Shown piece after piece: positions 46,286 through 55,430 of a stretch of DNA of 64,000 bases (within the stretch, counting starts at the first letter, position 1; each line of letters opens with the position of its first letter). Origin of the DNA: an uncultured virus (IMG/VR IMGVR_UViG_3300000255_000001) (taxonomy: Duplodnaviria; Heunggongvirae; Uroviricota; Caudoviricetes); the IMG/VR virus record IMGVR_UViG_3300000255_000001. One strand, given 5' to 3'. Position numbers and translations under genes: made by a program. The notes under the pieces were generated by a model. It saw nothing but the letters and a program-made list of their open reading frames with translations, made no database searches and had not been told where the DNA came from.

Positions 46286-47094
46286 ATTGGAATAAAGTAT
46301 TAAACTGTTCTGCTATAATCAATAACAATATTGATAATGTTTATTTTGAATATATTTGGCATAGATATATTGACAATCAAGATATAGAGTATAAGGACTG
46401 GAAACCTTCCGGTTTAACATTTGATAGTCATTGGCTTGTTAAATACTATCTTAATTTTATACATTGTAAAGATCTATTAAAAGACTATAATGTTTTAGAT
46501 TTGGGATGTGGGATTCCTTTTTATGCTAAATGGTTTTTAAATTCTGGTGCAAAATCTTATGATGGTATAGATTTAGATTTTAATAGAATTATTATTGGTG
46601 ATCAATTATTAGAATTACAAAATCTTAAAGATAAAGCAAATATTATTTCTGATGATATAGAAAGTTATGTGTATAAACCACAGTTTGTGGACTCGCGTCC
46701 GTGGATACCGCAATATTTAAAATCATATGATATTGTCTATCTAATAGAGTCACTATATTATATACATAATCAGCACGATTTACTAACTACGATTAAGCAA
46801 AATATTAAACCAAAGAACTTAATTATAGAAAGTGTTGTAGTAGATGATATATTAGAACATCCAGAAGGAATTATTCGAGTAAAATATAGTTCAGAAGATT
46901 CAAAAGACTATGATGGGGTTAAATCAGACTTGCCTAGGTTAAAGATGCATAGTAGTCGTAAAGCATATGAAAAACTTTTTGAATCTACTGGTTGGAAAAT
47001 TAAAGAATATTATGACTTTAAAAACTATAAGGGTCCTGATTTTCCAAGTGAAAATATTGCAAATGGCCGTAAGATGTTCTATGTTTTAGAATAA
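46264..47094 (+). CDS. class I SAM-dependent methyltransferase
   Basis: VLDLGCG, GIDLD, YDIVY, IIES. Confidence 0.85.
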   Translation: MPAEIKLDWNKVLNCSAIINNNIDNVYFEYIWHRYIDNQDIEYKDWKPSGLTFDSHWLVKYYLNFIHCKDLLKDYNVLDLGCGIPFYAKWFLNSGAKSYDGIDLDFNRIIIGDQLLELQNLKDKANIISDDIESYVYKPQFVDSRPWIPQYLKSYDIVYLIESLYYIHNQHDLLTTIKQNIKPKNLIIESVVVDDILEHPEGIIRVKYSSEDSKDYDGVKSDLPRLKMHSSRKAYEKLFESTGWKIKEYYDFKNYKGPDFPSENIANGRKMFYVLE

Positions 47095-48407
47095 AAATCA
47101 GCAAATAATTCGTAGTATTCTGGCATAGTATTTTTAAAACTTTGTTTTCGATATCCGTCTATTTTGCCATTTATATCCCAAAATGTATCTCTATGTCGAT
47201 CATAATCATCAGGAGTATAATCTAAAGTATTAATTACTGTTTCCATATCTCGTGTATACATATGTTTTACAGCATGTGCGCCATTTTTTCCAGTTGGCGG
47301 ATCATAGTTTAATAACTTTTTTCTAATTACTTCTTTAATAGGTTCTGGAATGTACATAATGTTACATTCCTTTTTATCATATACTCTGTTAGCAAATGAC
47401 ATAGAAACATTGCCAACACCATTGATATTAGCCAGTTTCTCCTCTTCTGATCGTTGAAAAATAGTAAACTCATTTTCTAGCCAGCCTTTTTCATGTACAT
47501 ATTGACAAATTTCAGGAAGATAGAATACATTTAATATTTGAGTTGTAATTGAAAAATCAGGGAATATTGAAGGATGATTCATTGATGCTTTTAAAAACTT
47601 TTCTATATTTTCTTCAATTTGGTCCCATTTGCTTAAATGTCTAATATAATCATTATGTTTACCAATAGCATCAAAACTTAATCCTAATACAGCATGTTTG
47701 AATTTTCCTAGTTTTTCAACTATTTCATTTGAGAAAATTGTACAATTTGTATGTATACCTAATACTTGTTCTTTTGCTACATCATTTTCTATACTCTTAT
47801 CAATTATTTCATATGTAAAAGGATTTAGGAGTGGTTCTCCACCATATAAGTCAATAACAGCAAATCCTTTATTCCAGTTAGATAAAACACGACGGAGTTC
47901 TTCATTACTTTCATGATAACTCAGTTCATAACTTTCCCATTTTTTAAGCCATTCTTTATATGGTTTTTTTATATTTTTTATTTTGTAAGAGTCTTTATAC
48001 CATTGAACACTAGTTGATGGATGACATGATCTGCAAGCATTATTACATTTATTACCGTGTTTTAATACTAAAACTCTGGGTTGATCTTCCATTGGTTCAA
48101 TACCAGCAAATACTTCATTTAACATTGTTCTATGACTTTTTGTGCCACTTTCTTCATTTACTCTACATTGTTTACAACCTTCCGGCCAGATACCTTGTTT
48201 ATGTTGTTCTAATAAACGATCCCGCATATCATTATTCCATGCTTTTTCCAAACTATCATGCTGTAGAATAATCATATGACTAGGTTCATTCTCTCCATGA
48301 TTTGTCATTAAATGATAATCTAGTAATTGGTTACAGGGAGAAATATGGCCGCCCATATGTCCTGTTAAGCCTAATTGTGCGAGTTTACATACTATTTCTT
48401 TTGGCAT
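47079..48407 (-). CDS. radical SAM protein with N-terminal twitch/SPASM-like domain
   Basis: CNNACRSC, YGGEPL, CKQC; TAAATA-N5-ATG. Confidence 0.9.
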   Translation of the reverse strand: MPKEIVCKLAQLGLTGHMGGHISPCNQLLDYHLMTNHGENEPSHMIILQHDSLEKAWNNDMRDRLLEQHKQGIWPEGCKQCRVNEESGTKSHRTMLNEVFAGIEPMEDQPRVLVLKHGNKCNNACRSCHPSTSVQWYKDSYKIKNIKKPYKEWLKKWESYELSYHESNEELRRVLSNWNKGFAVIDLYGGEPLLNPFTYEIIDKSIENDVAKEQVLGIHTNCTIFSNEIVEKLGKFKHAVLGLSFDAIGKHNDYIRHLSKWDQIEENIEKFLKASMNHPSIFPDFSITTQILNVFYLPEICQYVHEKGWLENEFTIFQRSEEEKLANINGVGNVSMSFANRVYDKKECNIMYIPEPIKEVIRKKLLNYDPPTGKNGAHAVKHMYTRDMETVINTLDYTPDDYDRHRDTFWDINGKIDGYRKQSFKNTMPEYYELFADFYSKT

Positions 48408-48452
48408 ACCCGTATTTATGAATTATACCTATTCTATGAATAAATATTTGTT

Positions 48453-48529
48453 TGGTCCATAGCTCAGTTAGTTAGAGCGCCGCTCTGATAAAGCGGAGGT
48501 CCCTGGTTCGAATCCAGGTGGACCAACCA
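48453..48529 (+). tRNA. tRNA-Ile(GAT)
   Basis: Cloverleaf; CCA. Confidence 0.93.
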
Positions 48530-48549
48530 TTTATTAAATAAATATCAAC

Positions 48550-49104
48550 ATGCTCGGATTAAGAACATTAGTATTAAACGCATCATATATGCCAATTTCT
48601 TTATTGCCATTACATACTATTCCCGTGGAAGATGCTGTTAATAGAATATTTAACGATAGTTGTCATGTAGTTTTTAGTTATAATAGATGGATTCAAACAC
48701 CTAATTTACATATGAAATGGCCTAGTGTTATTGCTCGTAATAGTTATGTTAATGTCAAGTCTATTATGAAGTTAAAACGAGAATCTCTATACTATAGAGA
48801 TCACGGCATATGTGTATATTGTGAACAGCCGTTAACTGTAAGAGAAGTAACCTATGATCACGTTATCCCCAAACGTCTAGGTGGTCGAAAAGTGTGGGAA
48901 AATGTAGTTTCGGCATGTTCACGATGTAATTCACTTAAAGGAAATCATAATCCAGTAGGCATATGGAAACCAAAATGGAAGCCATATAAGCCGAATTACT
49001 TTCAATTATTAGCAAGACGCAAGAAATTTCCTATTATGATTGATCATGAGAGTTGGAAACAGTTTTTTGGTGATTGGGAAAGTGACATTATTATTAGGAC
49101 ATAA
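48550..49104 (+). CDS. HNH endonuclease (McrA-like)
   Basis: LVLNASY.P, RDHGICVYC, TYDHVIP..GG..WENVVSACSRCN..K. Confidence 0.9.
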   Translation: MLGLRTLVLNASYMPISLLPLHTIPVEDAVNRIFNDSCHVVFSYNRWIQTPNLHMKWPSVIARNSYVNVKSIMKLKRESLYYRDHGICVYCEQPLTVREVTYDHVIPKRLGGRKVWENVVSACSRCNSLKGNHNPVGIWKPKWKPYKPNYFQLLARRKKFPIMIDHESWKQFFGDWESDIIIRT

Positions 49105-49147
49105 TTACAATAACTAAATAATATTAGCATATTATGGAGAGATATTA

Positions 49148-49495
49148 ATGTTTGATTTTATTAAAGCATTGTTTGGTATTAAAACAATGCCTTCACCTAA
49201 AACAGTTAAAACTGTACAAGAAGTTGCGGAAAAAATGGTAGAACCTGTTATCCAAGAAACCCTTAAAATAACAGAGGGAAATTGGAAAAGTAAGGAAGTA
49301 GCACCAGCACCAGCACCAGCACCAGCACCAAAGCCAAAACGTTATACTAAAAAACAACTAACTGAAATGACAAAGAAAGAAGTTGATGAGTTGGGGTTAG
49401 AGTTGTTTAATGTAAAATTGGATAGACGCGTTCAAAAACAGGTTCTTATTCAGGCATTTATAAACGTTCAGCGTGATTTTCATAAAAAGAAATAA
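49148..49495 (+). CDS. hypothetical protein with (AP)5 linker
   Basis: GCACCA x5 at 49301-49330; MTKKE...LDRR C-terminal module. Confidence 0.7.
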   Translation: MFDFIKALFGIKTMPSPKTVKTVQEVAEKMVEPVIQETLKITEGNWKSKEVAPAPAPAPAPKPKRYTKKQLTEMTKKEVDELGLELFNVKLDRRVQKQVLIQAFINVQRDFHKKK

Positions 49496-49496
49496 A

Positions 49497-50189
49497 ATGT
49501 ATGATGTATTTTTTCAATGCTTTGATGAACTCAATGCAGACGAAAATTTTGAAGTAATAAAACAAAAAGCACCCCACGCACAACGAATACAAGGTATAGT
49601 AGGTATACATAGTGCTCATAAATTTTGTGCTGAACAAAGTAAAACTAATTTATTTTATCTCGTAGATGGAGACTCTCGTATAAGAGATGATTTTGAGTTT
49701 AAATATGAAGGATTTGATAACAAAGTATATCTTTGGAAGGCAATAGACGGAGTTTACGGATATGCTAGTTGGCACGGATGCCTCAAATTATTTCCTAAAA
49801 GTATAGTGTTAAACGCCGGTGATTGGGGAGTAAAATATATTGATTCTACTATGACTATTAGTGATAAAAAACATATTGTTATAAATGAAATAGCAACCTC
49901 TCATTTATATAATACTTCCCCGTTCCATACTTGGAGAGCAATTTTTAGGGAATATATGAAGCAAGTAATAAAAGATAATCCTAATAAGCAACAAGAAATA
50001 CAAATGAAATTGTTTCTAACATATGGAAATCGCAATACTCCCGGGTATGCGTGGTATGCGAAAATGGGTGCGAATGCGGCGCATTCGTATTACGAAAAAT
50101 ACAAGAATTCACCCGAAAAACTCATGATTATTAATGATTACGATAAACTTTCTGATATGTTCAACAAATTCAACTACTTAGACTCATGA
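49497..50189 (+). CDS. glycosyltransferase-like phage protein
   Basis: YDVFF, RIQGIVGIHSAH, FYLVDGD, NTSPFHTWRAIFRE, INDYD. Confidence 0.7.
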   Translation: MYDVFFQCFDELNADENFEVIKQKAPHAQRIQGIVGIHSAHKFCAEQSKTNLFYLVDGDSRIRDDFEFKYEGFDNKVYLWKAIDGVYGYASWHGCLKLFPKSIVLNAGDWGVKYIDSTMTISDKKHIVINEIATSHLYNTSPFHTWRAIFREYMKQVIKDNPNKQQEIQMKLFLTYGNRNTPGYAWYAKMGANAAHSYYEKYKNSPEKLMIINDYDKLSDMFNKFNYLDS

Positions 50190-50194
50190 AAAGA

Positions 50195-50222
50195 TAGACA
50201 AATCTGCTAGATATGTTATAAT
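50195..50222 (+). promoter_or_regulatory. sigma70 early promoter
   Basis: TAGACA-16bp-TATAAT with extended TG. Confidence 0.65.
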
Positions 50223-50408
50223 AGTATAGTAAATTAATTAACAGTCGAGAGTTTATGTCCCTAGTAAAATGGAAAGCAATTACCCCAAATTCAGCCGTTT
50301 GTCGTGCCCTAGGAGAAGTAGTCCACGCACGTTTTAAAACATTACCCCAAGCAAGCAAATTTCTTAAAACACTTAATCAACCAGCATTTATCAAGCAAGA
50401 TTTAAAAA

Positions 50409-50606
50409 ATGTTAAACTCTAATAAACTTGTGCCAAACTGTCCAACCTGCGGAAAGCATATCACTCTCAGAGTATATCCCGAAATCGGAGATATAGTTGT
50501 TTGTGAAGGATGCGGCTCAAAAGCAGAAATTGCTTATATAGACAGAATGGAGCCAGATTACTTAGATGTTGATTTCGGCAATGCACAAGAAAGAGGCACA
50601 GCATAA
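50409..50606 (+). CDS. small zinc-ribbon protein
   Basis: CPTCG...CEGCG. Confidence 0.65.
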   Translation: MLNSNKLVPNCPTCGKHITLRVYPEIGDIVVCEGCGSKAEIAYIDRMEPDYLDVDFGNAQERGTA

Positions 50607-50713
50607 TGGCAACCTATAACAAGGAAGCGGTCGACAAGGCCATTAAGAAGAATCCAAAGATCAAACCCAAAGAGGCAAAACTGATCCACCGACTACTGAA
50701 AGGGAGAAAGTAA
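50606..50713 (+). CDS. 35-aa basic peptide
   Basis: MATYNKEAVDKAIKKNPKIKPKEAKLIHRLLKGRK*; TAATG-coupled at both ends. Confidence 0.65.
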   Translation: MATYNKEAVDKAIKKNPKIKPKEAKLIHRLLKGRK

Positions 50714-51012
50714 TGTCCTACGGACTCAAACACGTTAAACTCAATTTAAGCGGCTCCCACGGAAACGTTTTTCATATATTGGGTGCCGCAAAAGGCCTAG
50801 TTAGGAAAGTTGAAGGATTCAAAGCGGCTAATGAATTTGCAAGGCAAGCAGATGGTACTGCGTGGCGTGAAATGGGTGGTGATTGGTCTTATAATGACGT
50901 TCTCCGCACTGTAAAAGACAAGATAGGGTTAACGTTTGTCGCTGATGGCGAATTAACAGACGTTGACAAAGATTTATATGAACTTAATGATCACAAAGAG
51001 GTATGGATATGA
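50713..51012 (+). CDS. hypothetical protein
   Basis: LSGSHGNVFHILG motif. Confidence 0.7.
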   Translation: MSYGLKHVKLNLSGSHGNVFHILGAAKGLVRKVEGFKAANEFARQADGTAWREMGGDWSYNDVLRTVKDKIGLTFVADGELTDVDKDLYELNDHKEVWI

Positions 51013-51203
51013 TAGATCCGAATAACATGACGTTTGAACAATTTAAAGGTGTAATGGCTTATCAGTTTCAGGGCATTGATCCTTTGTGTGACAAATACTA
51101 CTGGAATTTATGGCAGGATAGCAGGCGTTATGGTTGCAAGAATACAGCCGCTAAACCTGTATGGGAAGACTTCTTAGAAGCAATTCGCACAGGAAAGATA
51201 TAA
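51003..51203 (+). CDS. hypothetical protein
   Basis: ORF track. Confidence 0.55.
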   Translation: MDMIDPNNMTFEQFKGVMAYQFQGIDPLCDKYYWNLWQDSRRYGCKNTAAKPVWEDFLEAIRTGKI

Positions 51204-51299
51204 TGAGTAAAAAAGAATTCTTTATACCACTTTTCCTGCTGGTATTATTGATATTAGTATCGAGAGCATTTGCTGAAATAGTTTAAGAGGAAAGATATA

Positions 51300-51548
51300 A
51301 TGAGTATGATCAGAAGGCGGCCAAATACAGCAGTTTTTCCTACTGAAGAGGAAATGGATGTTTTTCTTACTGAAAATGTGAACCCTGGCTCTACAGTTAT
51401 TATTAAAGAGGATAAAGGTCAGTGGCGAGCCAGTTGGTGTCCAGGAACAGATATTGGAAAATATTTTCCTAATGGCGCATCAAGTGAAGATCAAATTTAT
51501 TTTTACAACAGAGAAAGGTTATGGCTAGAAATTCCAGCATTTCAGTGA
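51300..51548 (+). CDS. hypothetical protein
   Basis: GAGG RBS. Confidence 0.6.
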   Translation: MSMIRRRPNTAVFPTEEEMDVFLTENVNPGSTVIIKEDKGQWRASWCPGTDIGKYFPNGASSEDQIYFYNRERLWLEIPAFQ

Positions 51549-51691
51549 ATCCAAATACAGTAGTTACCCGCATTTGGTGGACAGTGATAGTTGTTTCAAT
51601 GTGGGTTGGCATTGTTGTTGTAGCAGATCTTAACTGGCCCAGTCATATGGGTGAGCAAGGCGCATTGCTGAGGGCAATTGGCCTATTGTAA
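51545..51691 (+). CDS. 48-aa membrane peptide coupled to the pilin gene
   Basis: GTG start; IWWTVIVVSMWVGIVVV; TAATG overlap with pilin. Confidence 0.5.
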   Translation: MNPNTVVTRIWWTVIVVSMWVGIVVVADLNWPSHMGEQGALLRAIGLL

Positions 51692-52635
51692 TGAGCAAGG
51701 GGTTTACACTTATTGAATTGATGATGGTTGTTGCTATCATCGGCGTTACGGCGGCCATCGCATTGCCTGTTTATAATGGGTATGTTGCTAGGGCGCAAGT
51801 AAGCGAAGGAATTATTTTGGCATCACCAGCACGATATAGTGTAGAAGAAATGTGCCAAGTTGAAGGCAAATATCCAGCAGATAACATAGAAGCAGGATTA
51901 CCAGAACCTAAACTTATAACAGGAGATTATACGGATAATATTGCAGTAAACGATGGCACTGTTATAGCAGAATTTGGCAAGGATGCGGTGAGTCAATTAC
52001 AAGGGCATACAATATCATTTATACCCGATGGTTGTGGTTTGTGGAATTGTACAGCAGATGAATCTATTATGAAATATGCCCCTGCAATATGTACAGGTAT
52101 AGGCAGTGGTACAATGTCTGCGGCAAGCATGTTATTGGATCCAGACAAAGGTGAAACATTTTGTAGTGCATTTTCTAAACCATTGCCGGCACGACCAGGG
52201 CACGAAGAAGGTTGGACCCATCCGTGGGGAGCACCGGGTGCTTTTGCTTCTACATATTTGTCTAAGCCAAAAACAGGAATGACAGCAAGTGATGTTCTTA
52301 AAAGTCAATTAAACTTTGTAGGCTGTGATTCTAGTCGCGGATCTATGTATGTTAAACGCTCAGGTGATGGTGGTAAATGTCGACAAGCGAGTTGTAATAA
52401 GTCATATGACTATATGCCAGGTGGCAACGCCAAATGGGTTAGCGATTTATTAACTGAAACTCTAACAGAAATTGGTGTGGATAAAGATGATTTTAAGATT
52501 GACATAATTTCACCCCCAGGCACAATATTGCGTGATCAAGAAGTAGAAATTGAGTATAAAGATAGTGATGGTGTATGGCAACTAGATATTATTAAAATCG
52601 GAGAACAAGGATTAGGTAAAGACTATGACTTATAA
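51691..52635 (+). CDS. pilA: type IV major-pilin-like protein with C-terminal extension
   Basis: KG|FTLIELMMVVAIIG class III signal; ARAQVSEG; WNC...APAIC disulfide loop. Confidence 0.9.
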   Translation: MSKGFTLIELMMVVAIIGVTAAIALPVYNGYVARAQVSEGIILASPARYSVEEMCQVEGKYPADNIEAGLPEPKLITGDYTDNIAVNDGTVIAEFGKDAVSQLQGHTISFIPDGCGLWNCTADESIMKYAPAICTGIGSGTMSAASMLLDPDKGETFCSAFSKPLPARPGHEEGWTHPWGAPGAFASTYLSKPKTGMTASDVLKSQLNFVGCDSSRGSMYVKRSGDGGKCRQASCNKSYDYMPGGNAKWVSDLLTETLTEIGVDKDDFKIDIISPPGTILRDQEVEIEYKDSDGVWQLDIIKIGEQGLGKDYDL

Positions 52636-52819
52636 AAAAAATGATTGTCCATTTCAAGTAAAAAGAAATATGGATTCTAAACAAAAAGCGTATGCTAATG
52701 ATTGGATTACTTATAATCAAAATTCTGGAAATGATGTTTACACTGGCGGCCTTTCCGTATGTCACGAGTTGGCGTCAACACTTAATACTGAATGGTTTTT
52801 CGAAAAGTACATAGGATAA
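52625..52819 (+). CDS. hypothetical protein
   Basis: ORF track. Confidence 0.5.
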   Translation: MTYKKNDCPFQVKRNMDSKQKAYANDWITYNQNSGNDVYTGGLSVCHELASTLNTEWFFEKYIG

Positions 52820-52830
52820 TAAATACTACT

Positions 52831-53091
52831 ATGCTTATATACGCACAAATGGTAAACGCCCGTACGGAGGAAGTTTACGAAACTATCCACAAAGTGGATA
52901 CGCTTAATAAAGCGATTCGTTTATGGTCAGAGTATTTTCCTAATGATGATGCAGAATACGAGATAGTTATTTCAGAATCAAGTTATGACTATATGTATGG
53001 TGACAAGAAATTAGCGTCATTAATGAAAGTAGGAACTACGCCCGGCTATGTCTCTAAAGCATCATCCTGGTTATTACTACACGCCCAATGA
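52831..53091 (+). CDS. hypothetical protein
   Basis: TAAATA-N5-ATG. Confidence 0.6.
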   Translation: MLIYAQMVNARTEEVYETIHKVDTLNKAIRLWSEYFPNDDAEYEIVISESSYDYMYGDKKLASLMKVGTTPGYVSKASSWLLLHAQ

Positions 53092-53422
53092 ATGGGCACG
53101 TTTAGGTATGACGGGCCCATTGCCAGATGAGCGCAATAAATTATTACAGAGAGAACTTGCTGAAATGAAACTTAATGAAGTAGAAGCCAAAAGAGGACCT
53201 GTTCGAAATCACGGTTGGTGTTGGAGAGTGACAGATTCAGATGGTAATGAAGGCTTTTTATGCACTAAAACTGTTGGTGTAGGTGAATGGTCACGATCTG
53301 CTCGAGGTAGAGAGCCTGGCAAACAAGTATTTTATTTTGTTAATAAGAATACTGGAAAAGAAATTGACTTTGAAAGTGAACAACAAGCGTTGGAAACATT
53401 AACTAAAATACCTTGGGAGTAA
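53048..53422 (+). CDS. hypothetical protein
   Basis: ORF track. Confidence 0.55.
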   Translation: MSLKHHPGYYYTPNEWARLGMTGPLPDERNKLLQRELAEMKLNEVEAKRGPVRNHGWCWRVTDSDGNEGFLCTKTVGVGEWSRSARGREPGKQVFYFVNKNTGKEIDFESEQQALETLTKIPWE

Positions 53423-53425
53423 TCC

Positions 53426-53611
53426 ATGAGTTGGTTATTAGTTGTAACTATGCTTGCCACTATAAACGGTGAGCAAAACGAAATGAGTATAGCAACAGAG
53501 TACGCAAGTAGGGTAGAATGTGAGCAACAACTCACCTACCAGAAAAATACATCCATTAGTTTTATGGACATAAAATTAGAAGTTTCAGGTGAATGTGTGG
53601 AGAAAAACTAA
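53426..53611 (+). CDS. small secreted/membrane protein
   Basis: Hydrophobic N-terminus; EYASRVECE...EC. Confidence 0.6.
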   Translation: MSWLLVVTMLATINGEQNEMSIATEYASRVECEQQLTYQKNTSISFMDIKLEVSGECVEKN

Positions 53612-53619
53612 ATAGTTGG

Positions 53620-53826
53620 ATGGAAAATCCCTTTACCAAACATCCAAATAGCATTAACGAAACATATTTTGAGCATATGAAAAATGCTCTTAGGTTTGTT
53701 GTTGTATTGAAGTGTTTAGCATTTGCGGGATTTATTCACTCTATATTTCCATTCTGGTTTGAAAAAACTGTATCTGATGGCATTAAAGAGTTAAATCTTA
53801 TTTTAGAAAAGCGGAACAAAACTTGA
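53620..53826 (+). CDS. DUF6356-like protein
   Basis: FTKHPNSINETYFEH...IHSIFPFWF; TAAATA-N5-ATG. Confidence 0.75.
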   Translation: MENPFTKHPNSINETYFEHMKNALRFVVVLKCLAFAGFIHSIFPFWFEKTVSDGIKELNLILEKRNKT

Positions 53827-53851
53827 CTAAATACTAGTAATACTGTATAAT
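53823..53851 (+). promoter_or_regulatory. sigma70 promoter
   Basis: TTGACT-17bp-TATAAT. Confidence 0.8.
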
Positions 53852-53883
53852 ATAGTACAGATTAAGACAATTAGGAGGTACCT

Positions 53884-54108
53884 ATGTATCATACTATAAA
53901 TGATGTCTTAAGTCTTGTAAATGTAATGCATACAAAGGCAAAAGAAGTAGAAAAGAAGCAATCAACAACTAAAGAAAGCAATAATGAGGCAGAAATAGAC
54001 ATCTTAATGAGCGATATTGGTTATATGGCTAATTTATTAGCAGAAGAACTAAAAATCCAAGAAGAGAGTAAAAAGTGGTCACGTATCAAATCTTTAGGCA
54101 AAGACTAA
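53884..54108 (+). CDS. hypothetical protein
   Basis: AGGAGGT RBS. Confidence 0.75.
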   Translation: MYHTINDVLSLVNVMHTKAKEVEKKQSTTKESNNEAEIDILMSDIGYMANLLAEELKIQEESKKWSRIKSLGKD

Positions 54109-54235
54109 TAGAGAAATAACAATGAAGTATCCAAAATATAAATTTTAACAAATAGAACACTATACATAATGATAATATAGTCGACTGCGGAGGTCTTTAG
54201 GGCCTGGAAGACGTTAAAAGAGATTTACTTACATT

Positions 54236-54268
54236 AAAATGCCCGGCAACTAAACCCGGGCATTTTTT
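54236..54268. terminator. bidirectional intrinsic terminator
   Basis: AAAATGCCCGG-loop-CCGGGCATTTTTT. Confidence 0.85.
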
Positions 54269-55430
54269 ATCTAAAATAATCCTCACAATTGCCTTCTCTG
54301 TTCACGTCCAAGGTAATACAATGTAATCCACCATCCCAAAAGAAACGATGACGGAAAGGAGTAATGATATATTCTACTTTATGACGTTTAAATGCGTCTT
54401 TAACTTGTTGTGGTGGTTCATTAGTGCAAAGTATTAGATTTTCGTTTATACTTAACATGTTGACATCAAATACTGTTTCTTCTATATAACCAACCCATTC
54501 GTCTAACCATCCTTCAACAAATTTAATCAACATGTCATTATTTTCTTCACCTTGCAACCACCATTTCCCTTTATTACTATATTTTATAGCTGTAAATCCT
54601 TTAATAACATTTGACTCGTGAGCTTGTTCTTCTAAATATATTCCTTCCCATCCAGGTACAGATTTTTTGTATTCGTTTTCCCAATCTTTCGTATGTACAT
54701 ATAAACCTGGTTTAATGGGGCAAAATGCACCATCTGAATGTCCTCTTATGTCAGTATTAAATAAAGTATATTGACTAAATTCTTTATTGATCCATTTTTT
54801 TTGGAAAGATGGAAAATTATCAACTATTAATCGTTGTCCTAATCTTACTAAGCAAGGCGCGTCCATTAAATGTGTTCGTATAGTTTTAGTATGTTCTATA
54901 TTCATTCCTGGTATAAATTTTCCATTGTCTTTTTTATATGCATTGTCTGTTGAATTTGATGATGTACATGGTAATACCATCTTAGTTAATTCTTTAAGTT
55001 CTTCTTTATTCATAGGTTCTAATGAATTAAAATCATCAGGGCGTTTATATGGATCGAATGTTTTGCCGTCAATTAGTAGACTAAAAATACTATCCATTTC
55101 TTCTTTATATACAAATCGATATAAGGTATTTGCTACAGTAATATATCCATCTCGTACTGCTAATGAAGGAATAGGTGGTTTTGCAGAATTGTCTATATAT
55201 TCTTGTACTAATTCTACTGGAGGAGAGTCTGGTCTATATACTTTAACATTATGCTCCTCTAATACAGCACTTAAATTTAGTAAATCTTCTTCAGTTTCTG
55301 CTAGTATACGCTTCAAAGGATCACGAATGCGTAGTTCTTTTATAAAGTCAAACGATTTTTGATTATAAGAACGTCCTACTACAATTTCTTTTAATGGTTG
55401 GAAGTCGCTATGACAGTTTATTCTCATCAT
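54267..55430 (-). CDS. amidinotransferase (glycine/inosamine-phosphate type)
   Basis: DFQPLKEIVVG, RD, GHSDG, FDVNML, WDGGLHCITLD. Confidence 0.9.
   Translation of the reverse strand: MMRINCHSDFQPLKEIVVGRSYNQKSFDFIKELRIRDPLKRILAETEEDLLNLSAVLEEHNVKVYRPDSPPVELVQEYIDNSAKPPIPSLAVRDGYITVANTLYRFVYKEEMDSIFSLLIDGKTFDPYKRPDDFNSLEPMNKEELKELTKMVLPCTSSNSTDNAYKKDNGKFIPGMNIEHTKTIRTHLMDAPCLVRLGQRLIVDNFPSFQKKWINKEFSQYTLFNTDIRGHSDGAFCPIKPGLYVHTKDWENEYKKSVPGWEGIYLEEQAHESNVIKGFTAIKYSNKGKWWLQGEENNDMLIKFVEGWLDEWVGYIEETVFDVNMLSINENLILCTNEPPQQVKDAFKRHKVEYIITPFRHRFFWDGGLHCITLDVNREGNCEDYFR

Noticed and set aside
49301..49330. GCACCA x5 as a regulatory or phase-variable repeat
   Set aside because: An in-frame hexamer encoding an Ala-Pro linker; copy-number change would not shift the frame.
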